Assembly (NCBI GenBank): GCA_973895155.1
Contig: OZ316893.1
Coordinates: forward strand, 5,966,171-6,030,170
DNA: 64,000 nt
From: Marsupella aquatica
Lineage: Eukaryota > Plantae > Marchantiophyta
Reading direction: 5' to 3'
Below, in pieces: positions 52,431-64,000 of the stretch. The position numbers were made by a program, and so were the translations under genes. The notes below the pieces were generated by a model. That model was given only the letters and a program-made list of their open reading frames with translations. It was not told where the DNA came from and did not search any database. The stretch's first letter is position 1; each line of letters opens with the position of its first letter.

Positions 52431-53570
52431 TAACTTGACATTGGTTATCTTATATTAAGTAAACCAAAGAAGTGACATTGGAAATATTATATGGTTATCT
52501 TATATTAAGTAAACCAAAGAAGTGGCATTGGAAATATTCTCTGCTTATCTGATATTAAGTAAACCAAAGAAGTGATATTGGAAATATTATATTCAGGAGT
52601 AGGGACCTGATACTCACCAGCCTGATCCTCACCAGAAAAACTTTAAATCAACTAATCTGGTCCGAACACAGGGTTACAGCCTAGTATCACTTGCCCAGAC
52701 ATCTTATATATAAAGGGCAAAGGGAAACTAGAGTTGAGGTCTAAGCTTCTAGGGTGGAGCCTCTAGGAAGTGACTCTGGGCCCCACCATAATATATGTAC
52801 ATAGAAAGGAGTATGTTATGATATGTATAATTGTTAAAATGATGGGGCCCAGACATGATGATTTTTAATCGTTCATTAATCTTCAAAGAATGAGAATAGT
52901 AACTATATTTTGTTGACACTTTTATTGTCCTATGGTCTATTACTCTCTTGTATTCAAGTTCAAACAACGAGTAGTTGGGGTTAGTTGGTTATCTTATAAG
53001 TAAACCAAAGTAGTGTCTGATATTGGAAAAACTATATTCACATTCAAGGAACGGGTAGTCAGGGCTAGTTGGTTATCTTATAAGTAAATTAGTGCAAGGC
53101 CCCTTGGTTATTTAAGTTTGAAGTTATTAAACTAAGTTAGAGCACATGAAGAGTTGTATACTGGAATAGCTTTGAATATGGAGATGAGGGGAAAAAAATA
53201 GATTTTTCATGGTAGTAGTCCATGCACAATTCCCTTGGTACTCTCGTTCACCATACTTGTACTCAAATGTACTTCAGTATGAGAACTACTGTAGATTTGA
53301 GCCAAATGGATTACAGTAGCACTTGGTACTCCTATGTCCATAGATGCCATGCAAAATGTGTTATAGTCCATGCACAATTCCCTTGGTACTCTGTTGGTAC
53401 TCCTATGTCCATAGATGCCATGCAAAATGTGTTATAGAAGCTGAAGGGTTTCTTACATTCCTTTGGTATTTTTTTATCCATAGTAGTTGAAGGGTTTCTT
53501 ATAATAATTATGTTCCCTTGGTGTTCTTTTGTGGCCATGCAAAATGTTTTATAGAAGCTTAAGGGTTTCT

Positions 53571-54661
53571 TGTCATGCCGAGGGACAGTGCCTCTTATGC
53601 ACATCGGCATGTCCCTCGCCTGCCCGCTAGGTATGTAGTTAGTGCTAGTGTACTACCTGAGTTAGCGACATGTTCTTGTAGCAAGTCTGGGCCGTTCTTG
53701 AAGCAAATGTGCTTGTTAGTGTGACGCCAGGACTTTGCTTGCTTAGGGCATGTCTTTCTTTGTGGGTTTTCAGTTCTTCTTGAATCGCTGTTGACAGAGC
53801 TCAGACAGTGCTCGTCGGTTCCGTACACGGGATTCACACAGTGATTCGTTAGATGCTCCCGACCGATCTTGGCATCCCGCCGGTTGTCGATTCGATTTCA
53901 GTACAATTGTTTCTCTTACGCCTTTTATTCAAGAAGAACTCTTGAGATAGCAGTGAGGGGAAGAAGATTGCTTGTGGCGGTTTCGATAATTTCTGGTGAA
54001 GTCATTGCAATTTCTTCTACGAACATCGGAGCGACGAGTTGAAAGTTATGGATTTATGTTGTTATGTGTATACTTAAGTGTATACACATATCAATGCTCC
54101 CGAGGGGTCCGGAGTTCCTTTTCTGGTTGCACCCGCGACTCCTTTGCTCCTTCTTATTGTCGCTGCCGATTGCTGCCGACCTGCTGCTGTCGACTGCTCG
54201 ACTGCTTTTGGGGTCGTTTTCGCATTTCCAGCCACGGCTGCCGGCGAGTTTGCCTCGGCCACCTCGCGACTACCTCGCGACTGCATAGGACCGAGCCCCT
54301 ATTACATCCTTACGTTCTCGGCCAAGTGACTCCCCTCGGCACTTCTCCCTTTCGCGGCCATTTTTGCTTCATCTCGCCGCACTCTTTTGCCTCGCCGTTT
54401 CCCGATGCCGCTGCCAGCTTCCTGCCGTTGCAATTAAACAAGGGAGAGGGAGCGAGAACCGAGGGCACGAGGCCCTATGAAGAATATACAGAGGTTTACA
54501 CCTCCACTACGTACATACCACTTCATTTGCTTTTTCTTGGCACTTGTGAATGTGATTGGACTTTTTCTATGCATGTTGGTTGTTAGCAGCTTGCACATAT
54601 GCCTTGTCGGTGACTTGTATGTTTTCGATACACTATGGCTACGATACTATATGTCACGACA
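53571..54661. mobile_element. Solo LTR (1091 bp)
   Basis: Starts TGTCATG and ends CACGACA (TG...CA with a short inverted repeat). 4-bp TSD TTCT. It interrupts a local repeat whose empty version (AAGGGTTTCTTACATTCC) is at 53444. Confidence 0.8.
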
Positions 54662-56509
54662 TTCTTACATTCCTTTGGTATTTTTTTATCCATAGTAGTT
54701 GAAGGGTTTCTTATAATAATTATGTTCCCTTGGTGTTCTTCTGTGGCCATGCAAAATATGTTATGGAAGCTGAGGGGTTCTTTCATTCCTTTGGTATTCT
54801 TTATCTATAGTATTTGAAAGGTTTTTTTTATGTTCCCCTGGTGTTCTTTTGTCCATAGTAGCCGAAGGGTTTCTGACACTAGTTACCTTGTTAAATGTTA
54901 CAGTAGTTGAAGAGTTTCTTTTTACCCATGGTTATTCCAAGAATTTCTAACTTAATAGAAAAATCATACAATGTACTGAAAAATATTGATAATTATATCA
55001 ATCATAATCCACCCAAAGGTTCCTTTCTTTCACCCTTTTCTTTATTTATTGAAAAGTTACTTTTCAGTTTTCCATTGTTGTACATTGAGAATGTCTAATT
55101 TGTTTGTTTTTTACTTGTGTCAAACATGCGTAGTCTTCTTTGGTACTTTTTGTATGGCAAACCGTTCTTGTTTGTGACCAATAGTGCTGATGTGGCAGCA
55201 CGTGCTTCCAGGGATTTTGGAAAGAGCTTCCCATGGGGGTCTGTAACCAAAGAAGTGATATTGGAAAAACTATATTCACGTCCAAAGAACGGGTAGCTGC
55301 AGCTAGTTAGTTATCTTATAAGTAAACCAAAGAAGTGATATTGGAAAAACTATATTCAGGAGTAAGGACCTGATACTCACCAGAGAAAATTTTAAATCAA
55401 GGAATCTGCGGCCCAACCTTGCAAGGGGTTATGAACCATAGCTTTCAATGAAAATACAAAATAATGCAGATTCTCAACGACATTTACAAGGGGCTATAGA
55501 CACAGCGTTAAATTTACGTACAACCAGAGTATAAACTAAGATGTACATTCAACCAAGCATTCAACCAGAACATATTAAACCAAAATACTTCTCAAATGTT
55601 CAAATGATTTGGTTTGTGGACAATAAATATAACATAGTATATTAGTTTATGTTTATACTTATGTGACCACTTAGATTTAGCACGCAATGCTTACTATGCA
55701 CGGGTGATAAAAATACGAGGGTTGAGCCCAGACTATGACTTTGGGCTTTTTAGTTCATATGCTTCAATGAAAATAGGAAAGAAGATTCACAAGGAAAGTT
55801 TACGCTTTGCCGAGGACCTACTTTTTTCGCATCTTAGTGCAATTTCATTCCAATTCTGACTTACGATGTGGCACGTGTAGTATTCTTTCCCTTCGATTTC
55901 GATCACTGCTCGATCGGCTCATTCCTTGGGTGGGGAAGTTTCTGATTTTTCACCAACTCTCTCTGTAGACGCCTATGGCGGACTCGCTTCGCTCCGAACA
56001 AAGTTTAGCTCCAAATCTAGTCTATTCGAAGCACGCTATCTATATCTAATGTAGTCACAACACATTGGTGGTGGAAAAGTGGGGGAAGCTCCAAATTCTA
56101 GTCTATGTATCCTGAAGCAATCTGATCCAAAAGCGAGTTCAGGATAACATTTAGAGGGAAAACAAAGCACAAGCTTTCCCAGTGCAACAGGCTGCGGTAC
56201 AATATGCAATATGCAGGTAGATCCGTCGTCTCTCGCGATGAGACTAAGCAGCAAGATATCAAGGACCTCAAATGTCCCGTCAACTGAAGAGACGGCTAGT
56301 TTGAATATATCGGTAAATTAGAATTGCCCGTGCGAACCCTCTCTCGTTGAGAAATGAGCATCCGGTTGAAAATCCATCATCTGTGGACGACCTCGTTCTA
56401 CTTAGCACAAGAATCATGTTGATTGAATAGGTCTTATAGGTCGGCAGCTTCAGAATCACCTATGAGCAGCCTTAATAAATTCCATGACCAGGACTATCAC
56501 TGCCCAAGT

Positions 56510-58779
56510 CTAGACTTTCTTAGAATGATATGGGACACGGGCACATATATCACGTGCTAAGTCATCAACCGCCCTTGACGTCGAGCCATCCTCGGCTACT
56601 GCTTCTGCGCACTTCCTTTTGAGCTCCTCTACCCGTCTCCTCATTTCCTTGCCTTCTGGTTCCACCATCAACACCATCACGGCCCTCTCAACCTCCTTCC
56701 GAACCAAAATGTTGTCAGGTCCTGTCCGAATTTCATCAGCTATCTTCAAGTTATCCACCAGGTACCTGCGGCAACATGTTTTCCCATTGCAAGTTATAAG
56801 CATATATCCCACCATAGCTCTGTCTGTCATGACTGACCCCAGTAGGAAACTATTATTTGAGTTAATCTAAGAGTTGGTGCATCAGTGGCGACAGGAGGAG
56901 CCTACGAAACGAAAGTTCCTTACCTGCAATTAAGATGCTGCTCCGCCCCTTGTGGCCATGCAATCATTGGCACACCATTCGTGATACCCTCCAAACATGA
57001 GTTCCATCCAGCATGTGTCAGGAAAGCCCCGGTGGCTGGATGAGCCAGAATCTCTCGCTGAGGAGCCCAGCCAGTAACAATGTGACCATGGTCACCTAGT
57101 ACTCGGGCTTGAAAACCTTGGGGAAGCAGATCCGTGATTGAAGAGATCTTCTCTTCCGGGCTGAATTTTCGTTGTGGAAGCACCCACAAGAAACGCTGTT
57201 TACAGCCCTCCAGCCCCAATGCAAGCTCAGATACCTTCTCTGCAGAGAGTTTGGCCATGGTCCCGAAAGCGACATAGAGCACTGAAGAGGGAGGCTGGCT
57301 GTTCAGCCAAGAAATGGATTCGTCTGCAGAGTCTGCTAATTCCTTCACAACTGCAATGCTACGGAGCTTGGGTGATGCTGTAAACAAAGGACCCACGGGA
57401 AAAACCTTGAACACCTGCAGCGAAATCACTAATAAAAATCAAACTTCATTCAGAATTCTCTCGAAATATATGCATACATAGGAACTAAAAAATATAGCAA
57501 GTACAGGAGGCTCTAGATTTGAAGACCTTATTTCAAGAATCAACAAGAAGTAAGTGGCAAAATCACAGCATAGCATTGAGTCAGTAGTGAAAGCCGCACC
57601 CTTCAAGATTACTGGGCTTTGATGCAAGTTACCCACACAAGCATCCAGTTCAGCTGAAGTGTAAAGTTTCACTTCTTTGGGAAGGAAGCACCGTACCTTA
57701 TTCTCTTCAAATCCAAGAGTACTTGGCTTAACTGTGGAGTCAATAACCTTTCCATCCAGCTCGTAAAAGGTATTTATTACAATCCCGGCTGCTTGGCGCA
57801 GAACTTGAGATCTTTCCAGGGAAAAGTCAAGATACTTTCGGGCTGACAGGGTGACCTCGTGGTAACGCAGAGCAGGAAGACCATCGATGCAAACGGCTCC
57901 CTCGTATTTGGAAAGCGTGCCATCCGGGTCTAGTCTAAAAACATTTTGCGCAATGAGCCGATTGAATTCTTGCGTCAATTTCGCTAGAATTGCTCCAGAA
58001 GGAAAATAAACGTAAAACGGAATCTCCAATTTCTCCGACACCTCCTGTTGCACCGAGAATTCTTCAGTTAATATTCAAGGCAAAATGCCGACTTGATCCG
58101 CTATTTTTGAAACTTGACAAATTAAATGCTCCATCAGAACGTGAATTTCATAGTCAGATGCAATTCTTCTACGTAGTGAGAATGGTAAACCCGTGAATGT
58201 ACATCTTTCGAGCTTTCAAGGACAAAACGAAGAAGCTATCGAACGGAAAGCAGCTACTCTTACCGTTACAACAGATCTCATAGCAGCTACTCTTACCGTT
58301 GTAACGTACAACAACAGATACCGGCAGCTACTCTTACCGTTACAACAGATCTCATAGCGTCAGCAACCCCAATTAACACATGTTAAGGAGAGCGTGAGTA
58401 CCTCAGCCCAGGTTAAAAACATGTCTGTTAAGAGACAAGTGGGGCCTGCAATGCCAGAGCGCCTATCATGGAGCAGCTTCTCCAACACTGGCTTGAAAGA
58501 CACTTCTACTTTCCTTGCATCTATACTAGGTATATCATTGGTTGGTCCCCAGGGATTGTGCAGTCCAATGAATTGAACGTTGAGACTTTGAAGTTCTGAA
58601 AGTAAACCGTTGGAAGAAAGCCCAGCTAGTAAGTCATCATAGACTGCACAGGTGATAGTGATACCCTTCCGAGCAAGCTCAGTCACGAGCCTGAACCCTG
58701 GGAGCAGATGCCCATGATGGGGGATCGGTATGAACAGTAAGTGAGCTTTCTTCCTTCCATCTTCTTCTAACGAACCCAT
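56510..58779 (-). CDS. Family-1 UDP-glycosyltransferase paralog (490 aa), exons 58779-58402, 58044-57697, 57414-56924, 56765-56510
   Basis: Same exon lengths (378/348/491/256) as the + strand copy. PSPG box WAPQREILAHPATGAFLTHAGWNSCLEGITNGVPMIAWPQGAEQ. Confidence 0.95.
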
Positions 58780-59974
58780 CGCTGGAATTGCAACACATCA
58801 AAGCAACAGCGCAAGGATCAACGTAAGACTCAAACATTCCAAGCGGAGTGAATCTCAACAAACAGTAGACCGCCACAATATTCAAGCAAAAGCAAAAGCA
58901 GAAGTAGAAGCGAAAGCACAGGACACCAGCTCTGGCCAATTGACCATGCTTTGCTGAAGATACACAAACAACATGGAGAGCTTCCAATCAATTACTTTCG
59001 TCCGGCAGCAACTTTGGATGAACAATTTGATATTAACATCCGAACAGATATTCAGCCAATAAAATTGCCACCGCATGCAACCGCTTGTTGCGTTTATAGC
59101 TACCTAAAAGGTAGTTTTGATTCAATCGCATCTACCTTCAACAATTGCACTACTCTGCAGCTTGAAATCCAATGCAATCAACTCAAAAAAAATCCACGTC
59201 ACACTTGGGCTAACACCGGATATGGAGACGGAATGTATAATCATCAATCAAGCAAGTTACAAACTCAGCAACGAAACCTTGAGAATGAGAACGTACAGTC
59301 CTGTGTGGGAGCTTTGCGGCCCGGATGGCAACTGGCTTGTGGATCTTCTGAATGAGCTCGAGCAGAAGCGCTCAACTGCGACCCAGCTGGTCATATTTTA
59401 TATCTGGTCAGCTAGACCACCGAGGCCAACAGCACTTATTGCATTGCAGGATGCTCAACTTGTTGTCCCCTCGCGCACTGGAATCTACTAAGCGCTATAC
59501 AGAACAATAATGGCTTCCGAAGCCCAACAACGGCTTTCAAAAGTACTCCATTGCCGGCTTGAAGACAAACGAGTTGGCTTCAAGGTGAACCTCAGTCTCC
59601 TCGCCTTTCACCTCCACGAGTGTTTATGCCCATTCTTTGAGAGTTAGTAAAAATGATTACACAAAGTATCCCAATGCACATTCTTTGAATATTAATAAAA
59701 ATGATTACAAAACAATCATGCATGATTATCATTCTCACATGATCGATAAGATTCAATATTCCTTTGTATATTAATAAAAATGATTACAAACAATCATGTA
59801 TGATCATCATTCTCACATAAATAATATTCAACATTTCTTTCCAATCCACATGGATTTTGGTGGGCCCTATAGTCATGGTATACAGGTTTCACTCTATAAG
59901 CCTAGACCCCAACTCTAGTTTCTCTTTGAGATTAATTATATATAATATACTAGCCCAATGCCCGTGCACAAAAG

Positions 59975-60500
59975 ATGTCAGGGTGAGAAAAAGATGTCAT
60001 GGTGAGAAAAATATGTTGAGGAGAAAAAAATGTGGATGAGAGAAAAATATGTTGAAGTGAGGAAAAGAAGTTGATGTGAGAAAAGATGTTGAGGAGAGAA
60101 AAGGATGTTGAGGTGTTGAAAAGAAGTTGAATTGAGAAAAGCTGTCAAGGAAAGAAAAGATGGCAAGATGAAAAAACGATGTATAGGTGAGAAAAAGAAA
60201 AGGTGTCAAGGGGAGGAAAGATCTCAAGGATGAGACAAAGATATATGTGAAAGTGGAAAAAAGATGGCAAGATGAGAAATAGATAACATGTCGAGGTGAG
60301 AAAGAAGTCAAGGTGAGAAAAGATATTGAGGAGAGAAAAGATGTCAAGGTGAGAAAAAGATGTCACGGTAAGAAAAAGATGTCAATGAAAGAAAAATGTA
60401 GAGACCTAGAAAATATGATAAGGCAAAGAAAAGATGTTGAGAAGAAAAATATATGTAAAGATTAGTAAAACATGTCAAGGCAAGAAAAGATATCACGATG
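59975..60500. repeat. Degenerate purine-rich minisatellite (GAGAAAAAGATGTCAAGGT-like)
   Basis: Many diverged ~19-20-bp units; they produce the spurious F/S/L-rich ORFs on the - strand. Confidence 0.8.
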
Positions 60501-61009
60501 ACGCAAGAAATATATGTTTTGCAATGTAGTTGTTGAGACATTTTATCAATGTGTGATCCCGACCATACAGTTGTTGTGGTCATGTTCAATACGTGTGCAT
60601 TGCACATAATATGTTGCGTGAAAGATGTCATTGCATAAAAGATGTCCATGTCAAAAAGATGTTGCAAAATTGATGAGAGATCAAGAGTGCAAGATATATA
60701 GGTTATGGCAATGGAGGCAAGCGCATTCAAGCAACGCTAGGTGGAGGGTGACATGCCCTCTGCCCCTTGTGGCCTCCTCTTTGTTTCTCTTGGGCTGCCT
60801 CACCCCAAGAGGTGGTGCCTACTATTATGTGGTGTTTATTATCACATTCCTTTGCTCCACTTTGTCTCATCCCCCATCTCTCATCCCCTTCCCCTACATA
60901 CTTATGGGAGGAGTCTATGGATCTATGCGTGCATCCTTAACTTCTGGGTATGGACCCATTTGTGCATAATTAATTTCTCCTCCCTACTTTGAATTTTAGG
61001 GCTCCTTAG

Positions 61010-61525
61010 CCCGGTTTGACCCTGCCCGTCAAACTGGGCACTGTAGGCCGTCACAACGTCATTCTGTCATCCCGGTCTCCCGGGTTCGGGTCCGGGTCCG
61101 AGTGGGCAGGAGAGGGCCAGGAGAGGGCCGGGTGTTAAAAGGGTCCTGCAAGGGTCCAGGTGGAGGTCCAGGGGGGTTCGGGGGAGTCCAGGCAGGGTCC
61201 CGGGGGGTGGTCCGGGCAGGGTCTGGGGGGGTTCAGGGAGTCCAGGCAGGGTCCGAGAGGTGTTGGGGGGGATCCAGGGAGTCCGTGTGGAGTCTGGGGG
61301 AGTTCAGGCCGGGTTCAGTTGGACCAGGGTTGGGTCCGGGGAAGTCTGGGCCGGGTTTGGGTGGGCCGGGCTGGGGTTTGGGCTGGGTCGAGCCGGAGTC
61401 TGGGGGAGTTCGGGGGAGTCCGGGGGAATAACTTGGAATATGCATCAGATTGCACGTTTTTTTACCATCATTTGACGATTTATGTGCCCGGCAAGCCGTC
61501 AACTTGCCCATCAGGTTAAACATGG
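61010..61525. mobile_element. MITE-like insertion with a G-rich core
   Basis: Flanked by direct repeat GGCTCCTTAG (61000-61009 and 61524-61533). Weak TIR CCCGGTTTGACC / GGTTAAACATGG, a 12-bp hairpin at 61009-61040 and a GGGTCC-rich interior. Confidence 0.45.
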
Positions 61526-61823
61526 CTCCTTAGTCCCTGTTCCCTCACAAATGTGTCTCAACTGTACTCCTAATGTCAACACATGGCACTCACATACCTC
61601 ATATCTCATATGCAATCATGCTCCCTCATAAGTGTGTCTCAAGTGGACTCATCCCAATATCAACACATGGCACTCACATACTAATCATGCTCCTCCTAGA
61701 GAATCTTTGTGATATACCAAAATACCTTGTCTTGTGATTCATTTTTAGAAGTAAAGTGGACTCCAGTGATTCTTGACCGGTAACTTGTAGAGCAAGCTCC
61801 CCTCTGGAATCAAAATAAGTTCT

Positions 61824-62181
61824 TGTTAGATATTGCTCTAGTCTTGTGACTCATGAGCTAACCACAGTTAGTCTAATTCGGGTTAGGACTTAGCTAATGT
61901 TAGCGGTAGTGTTGTTGTGCATATAGCCAGGGCTGATGCCAGACCCTGGAGGAACTTAGGCTCATTGTTACGGAGCTAGTTGAGAGATAGGGAGAGCTTG
62001 TGCTGTGGATGCTTGGTATGGTCGGTCGGCCTAGAGTGTAATAAAACTCTTATGTGTTCCCGTGGATGTAGCCTCATGTCGAGGTGAACCATGTATCTCT
62101 CTGTGCCGACTATTGTGCGTTGGATGGTTCATGGGCTTGCCATTACTAATGTCGTCTATGCTCAACAAGTGGTATCAGAGC
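61824..62181 (+). mobile_element. 5' LTR of a retrotransposon with tRNA-iMet PBS, truncated after the PBS
   Basis: TGTTAG...CTCAACA (61824-62167), AATAAA near 62040, U5-like CCCGTGGATGTAG..GTGAACCA, and PBS TGGTATCAGAGC at 62170-62181. No gag ORF follows. The LTR start is less certain than its end. Confidence 0.7.
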
Positions 62182-62305
62182 ATGTGTAAACGATAAAAAT
62201 TACACCGGCGATATTATAGTTTTTTTTTAGGTTTAGAAGTGTCAACTAGAGGTCAACCAAGAGTATTTAGGAAGTAGTAAGCAAGGACCAGCGGTTATTC
62301 ATTTT

Positions 62306-62917
62306 GTGGAGATGACAGAAAGGCTGGAAGTAGGGGAGGCAACGATCATCTCGATTAACGGTCGTGTAGGAGTCGAGTCCTGCTATGAAGGCTGCGATGG
62401 CCTACTAGCAGATGGCAGAGTATGTGCCTTAGGCACAAGAGCTCGACAAAGAAGGCAAGGGGGGGTGAATATAGAAACCCCCGTTAGCAGGAATCGGTTA
62501 GCTCATGAGTGTAAGTCGCTAGGAGAAGGAGTGCCTATGTTCATGTTCACTATTCGGATCAAAGAAGGAAGCTGTCGTGTATGGGATGCGGCGGGGCAAC
62601 AATTGTTCGGAATGAAGGGCGAAGAGTTCCGCCAACGATTCACCACCGGCGAGGCCATTGAAGAACTCTGTAGAAAGGTCATGCGGAAGAAATGGAATCT
62701 GCTGCTAAGACGGGATAACAGCCACGATCAGCGGATTACATGGCGATTAATCACCGCCGAACAAGTAATCGTGGCCGGCGAACCGAGCAACCCCAAGGAA
62801 GATGACAGAAGTCAGGAGGTCGAGGCACATATGGCAAGATTAACAATCGGGAGTCCGGAAGCTTCCGGATCAGGCGCAACCGAAGGGAATCGAGGAGGCC
62901 ATTGCACAGTTCAGTAA
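62306..62917 (+). CDS. RPA70 C-terminal-like OB-fold / zinc-ribbon protein (Helitron-associated type)
   Basis: SCYEGC..C......HEC..FMFTIRIKE..RVWDAAGQQLFGMKGEEF resembles RPA1 DBD-C (Y.AC..C..C..Y.L...I.D..F...AE.LLG..A.EL). Confidence 0.5.
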   Translation: MEMTERLEVGEATIISINGRVGVESCYEGCDGLLADGRVCALGTRARQRRQGGVNIETPVSRNRLAHECKSLGEGVPMFMFTIRIKEGSCRVWDAAGQQLFGMKGEEFRQRFTTGEAIEELCRKVMRKKWNLLLRRDNSHDQRITWRLITAEQVIVAGEPSNPKEDDRSQEVEAHMARLTIGSPEASGSGATEGNRGGHCTVQ

Positions 62918-64000
62918 CCAGGAAGACAGAACTTCTTGACATAGTAATCAGCAGTTCTTGGCTTCCACTCATCGTTCTGGTAGGCATTAGTTAGCGTTCT
63001 TGATGAATGAGCGAGGAGATCAAAGAGGAGGCGCGAGTCGTCCAACTGTAATCGGCGCACCCCAAGAAGTAGTAGAGGCCTCGGGCAAAGACGGACACGA
63101 GGCATAGGTATTTAGAGGCTGTGGAGCGCTAGGCGCTCTGTCACTTTTTGCTAGAAGTCTGGGGCAAGGTAGGGCTCCGCTCACCTTAGGAATGCCAACA
63201 ATTTTGTAATAGTGTCCCTACTCAGTTGAGTAGTCTTTGAGTATAAAGAGAGAGTTTGGAATGAATGCAACAGAGTGAAGTACGCACTTGAGCAGTGAAT
63301 GAGACCGTCAAATCAGAGAGAGAGAGAGAGAGAAGGAATTTGCCTTATGCAGCAAGTCGTTACTCGTTAATTGCAACAATGAATGAATATTGTCTCATTG
63401 CGAACCAGAACCTTACGGGCCAACGCCTCAAGATATAGGTTGAACAGACAGCTAGTGAGAAGCGGTGTCTGGTTGGAGATAGTGTGTTTTGAAGGCGATA
63501 CACTGGTCGTCATACACCTCCATCATACAAGGGTAAACGTGATACTGGGGTACTTGCTTAGGGTAACCCTGTCATAGTCACCCACACAATCCGGAAATCA
63601 ATTGCCAAGCAGGCTGATTCAAAGGACAGTCGGACTTAATCAGGTCACGGCTACTAAAAACCATGAACGTAGACAGCAGTGACGACAAGTCTTGCTCCTT
63701 GATTACCTTAAGATCACTAGAACTGTGGATCTGTTCTATCGGCACCCATCTTATTTCCCGTCAGTTACTATACGAGAACATTCCGATTTGCTTGATCACT
63801 TACCGCGAGTGGTGTGGGTTCATTGAGATTGTGTATAGAGAGGGGTTAGTGTTGGCCGAGGCTGAAGTGCCTAAGAAGTGGAAGACGGAACTCGACATTC
63901 AAGAGCACTTGGTCAGATTCACTTACGGGGACTGTGTCGAGATAGACGGAGTGCCGCCTCTCGAAGGTTGGTTAATCATTTAAACGAGATTACTGAGGAG

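Noticed and set aside
59940-59975. ACTAG...GCCCGTGC as a minus-strand Helitron 3' end
   Set aside because: Only one arm of the expected hairpin is present and no matching 5' end could be placed.
61102-61523. Gly-rich or Pro-rich ORFs (collagen- or extensin-like)
   Set aside because: They come from low-complexity G-rich repeats that are open in several frames, with no credible gene context.

Overview
Eukaryotic, land-plant-like DNA with GT-AG introns; a bryophyte/liverwort origin is my inference from gene and TE style. Host genes: a repeat-containing ORF (2109-2774), a REF/SRPP(LDAP) lipid-droplet gene (5729-7348), two four-exon family-1 UDP-glycosyltransferases forming an inverted duplication (42847-45174 +, 56510-58779 -), and a two-exon putative membrane protein between them. 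Positions 8407-40536 hold three nested DNA transposons. (1) A Mutator/MULE with ~290-bp TIRs, a decayed DDE/SWIM transposase and a convergent C2H2-finger accessory gene. (2) Inside it, a Sola-like element (12206-35357; 25-bp TIRs, CATA TSD) carrying a DDD transposase, small intronless cargo ORFs (one F-box-like) and an intron-containing gene for a ParB-like domain fused to a beta-class N6-adenine/N4-cytosine DNA methyltransferase. (3) Inside that, a non-autonomous CACTA element (18415-29943; TCA TSD) that splits the methyltransferase; removing it restores the reading frame. The Sola-like element carries about 20 exact or near-exact copies of the palindrome CGATAAATTTATCG, almost all non-coding. 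Together with the ParB-MTase this suggests a transposon-encoded, sequence-targeted DNA amino-methylation system, which is the top candidate for a novel system here. The right end has tandem repeats, a solo LTR, an LTR with a Met PBS, a MITE-like GC-rich insert and an RPA-like OB-fold ORF. All domain calls come from motif recognition by eye; no database searches were run.
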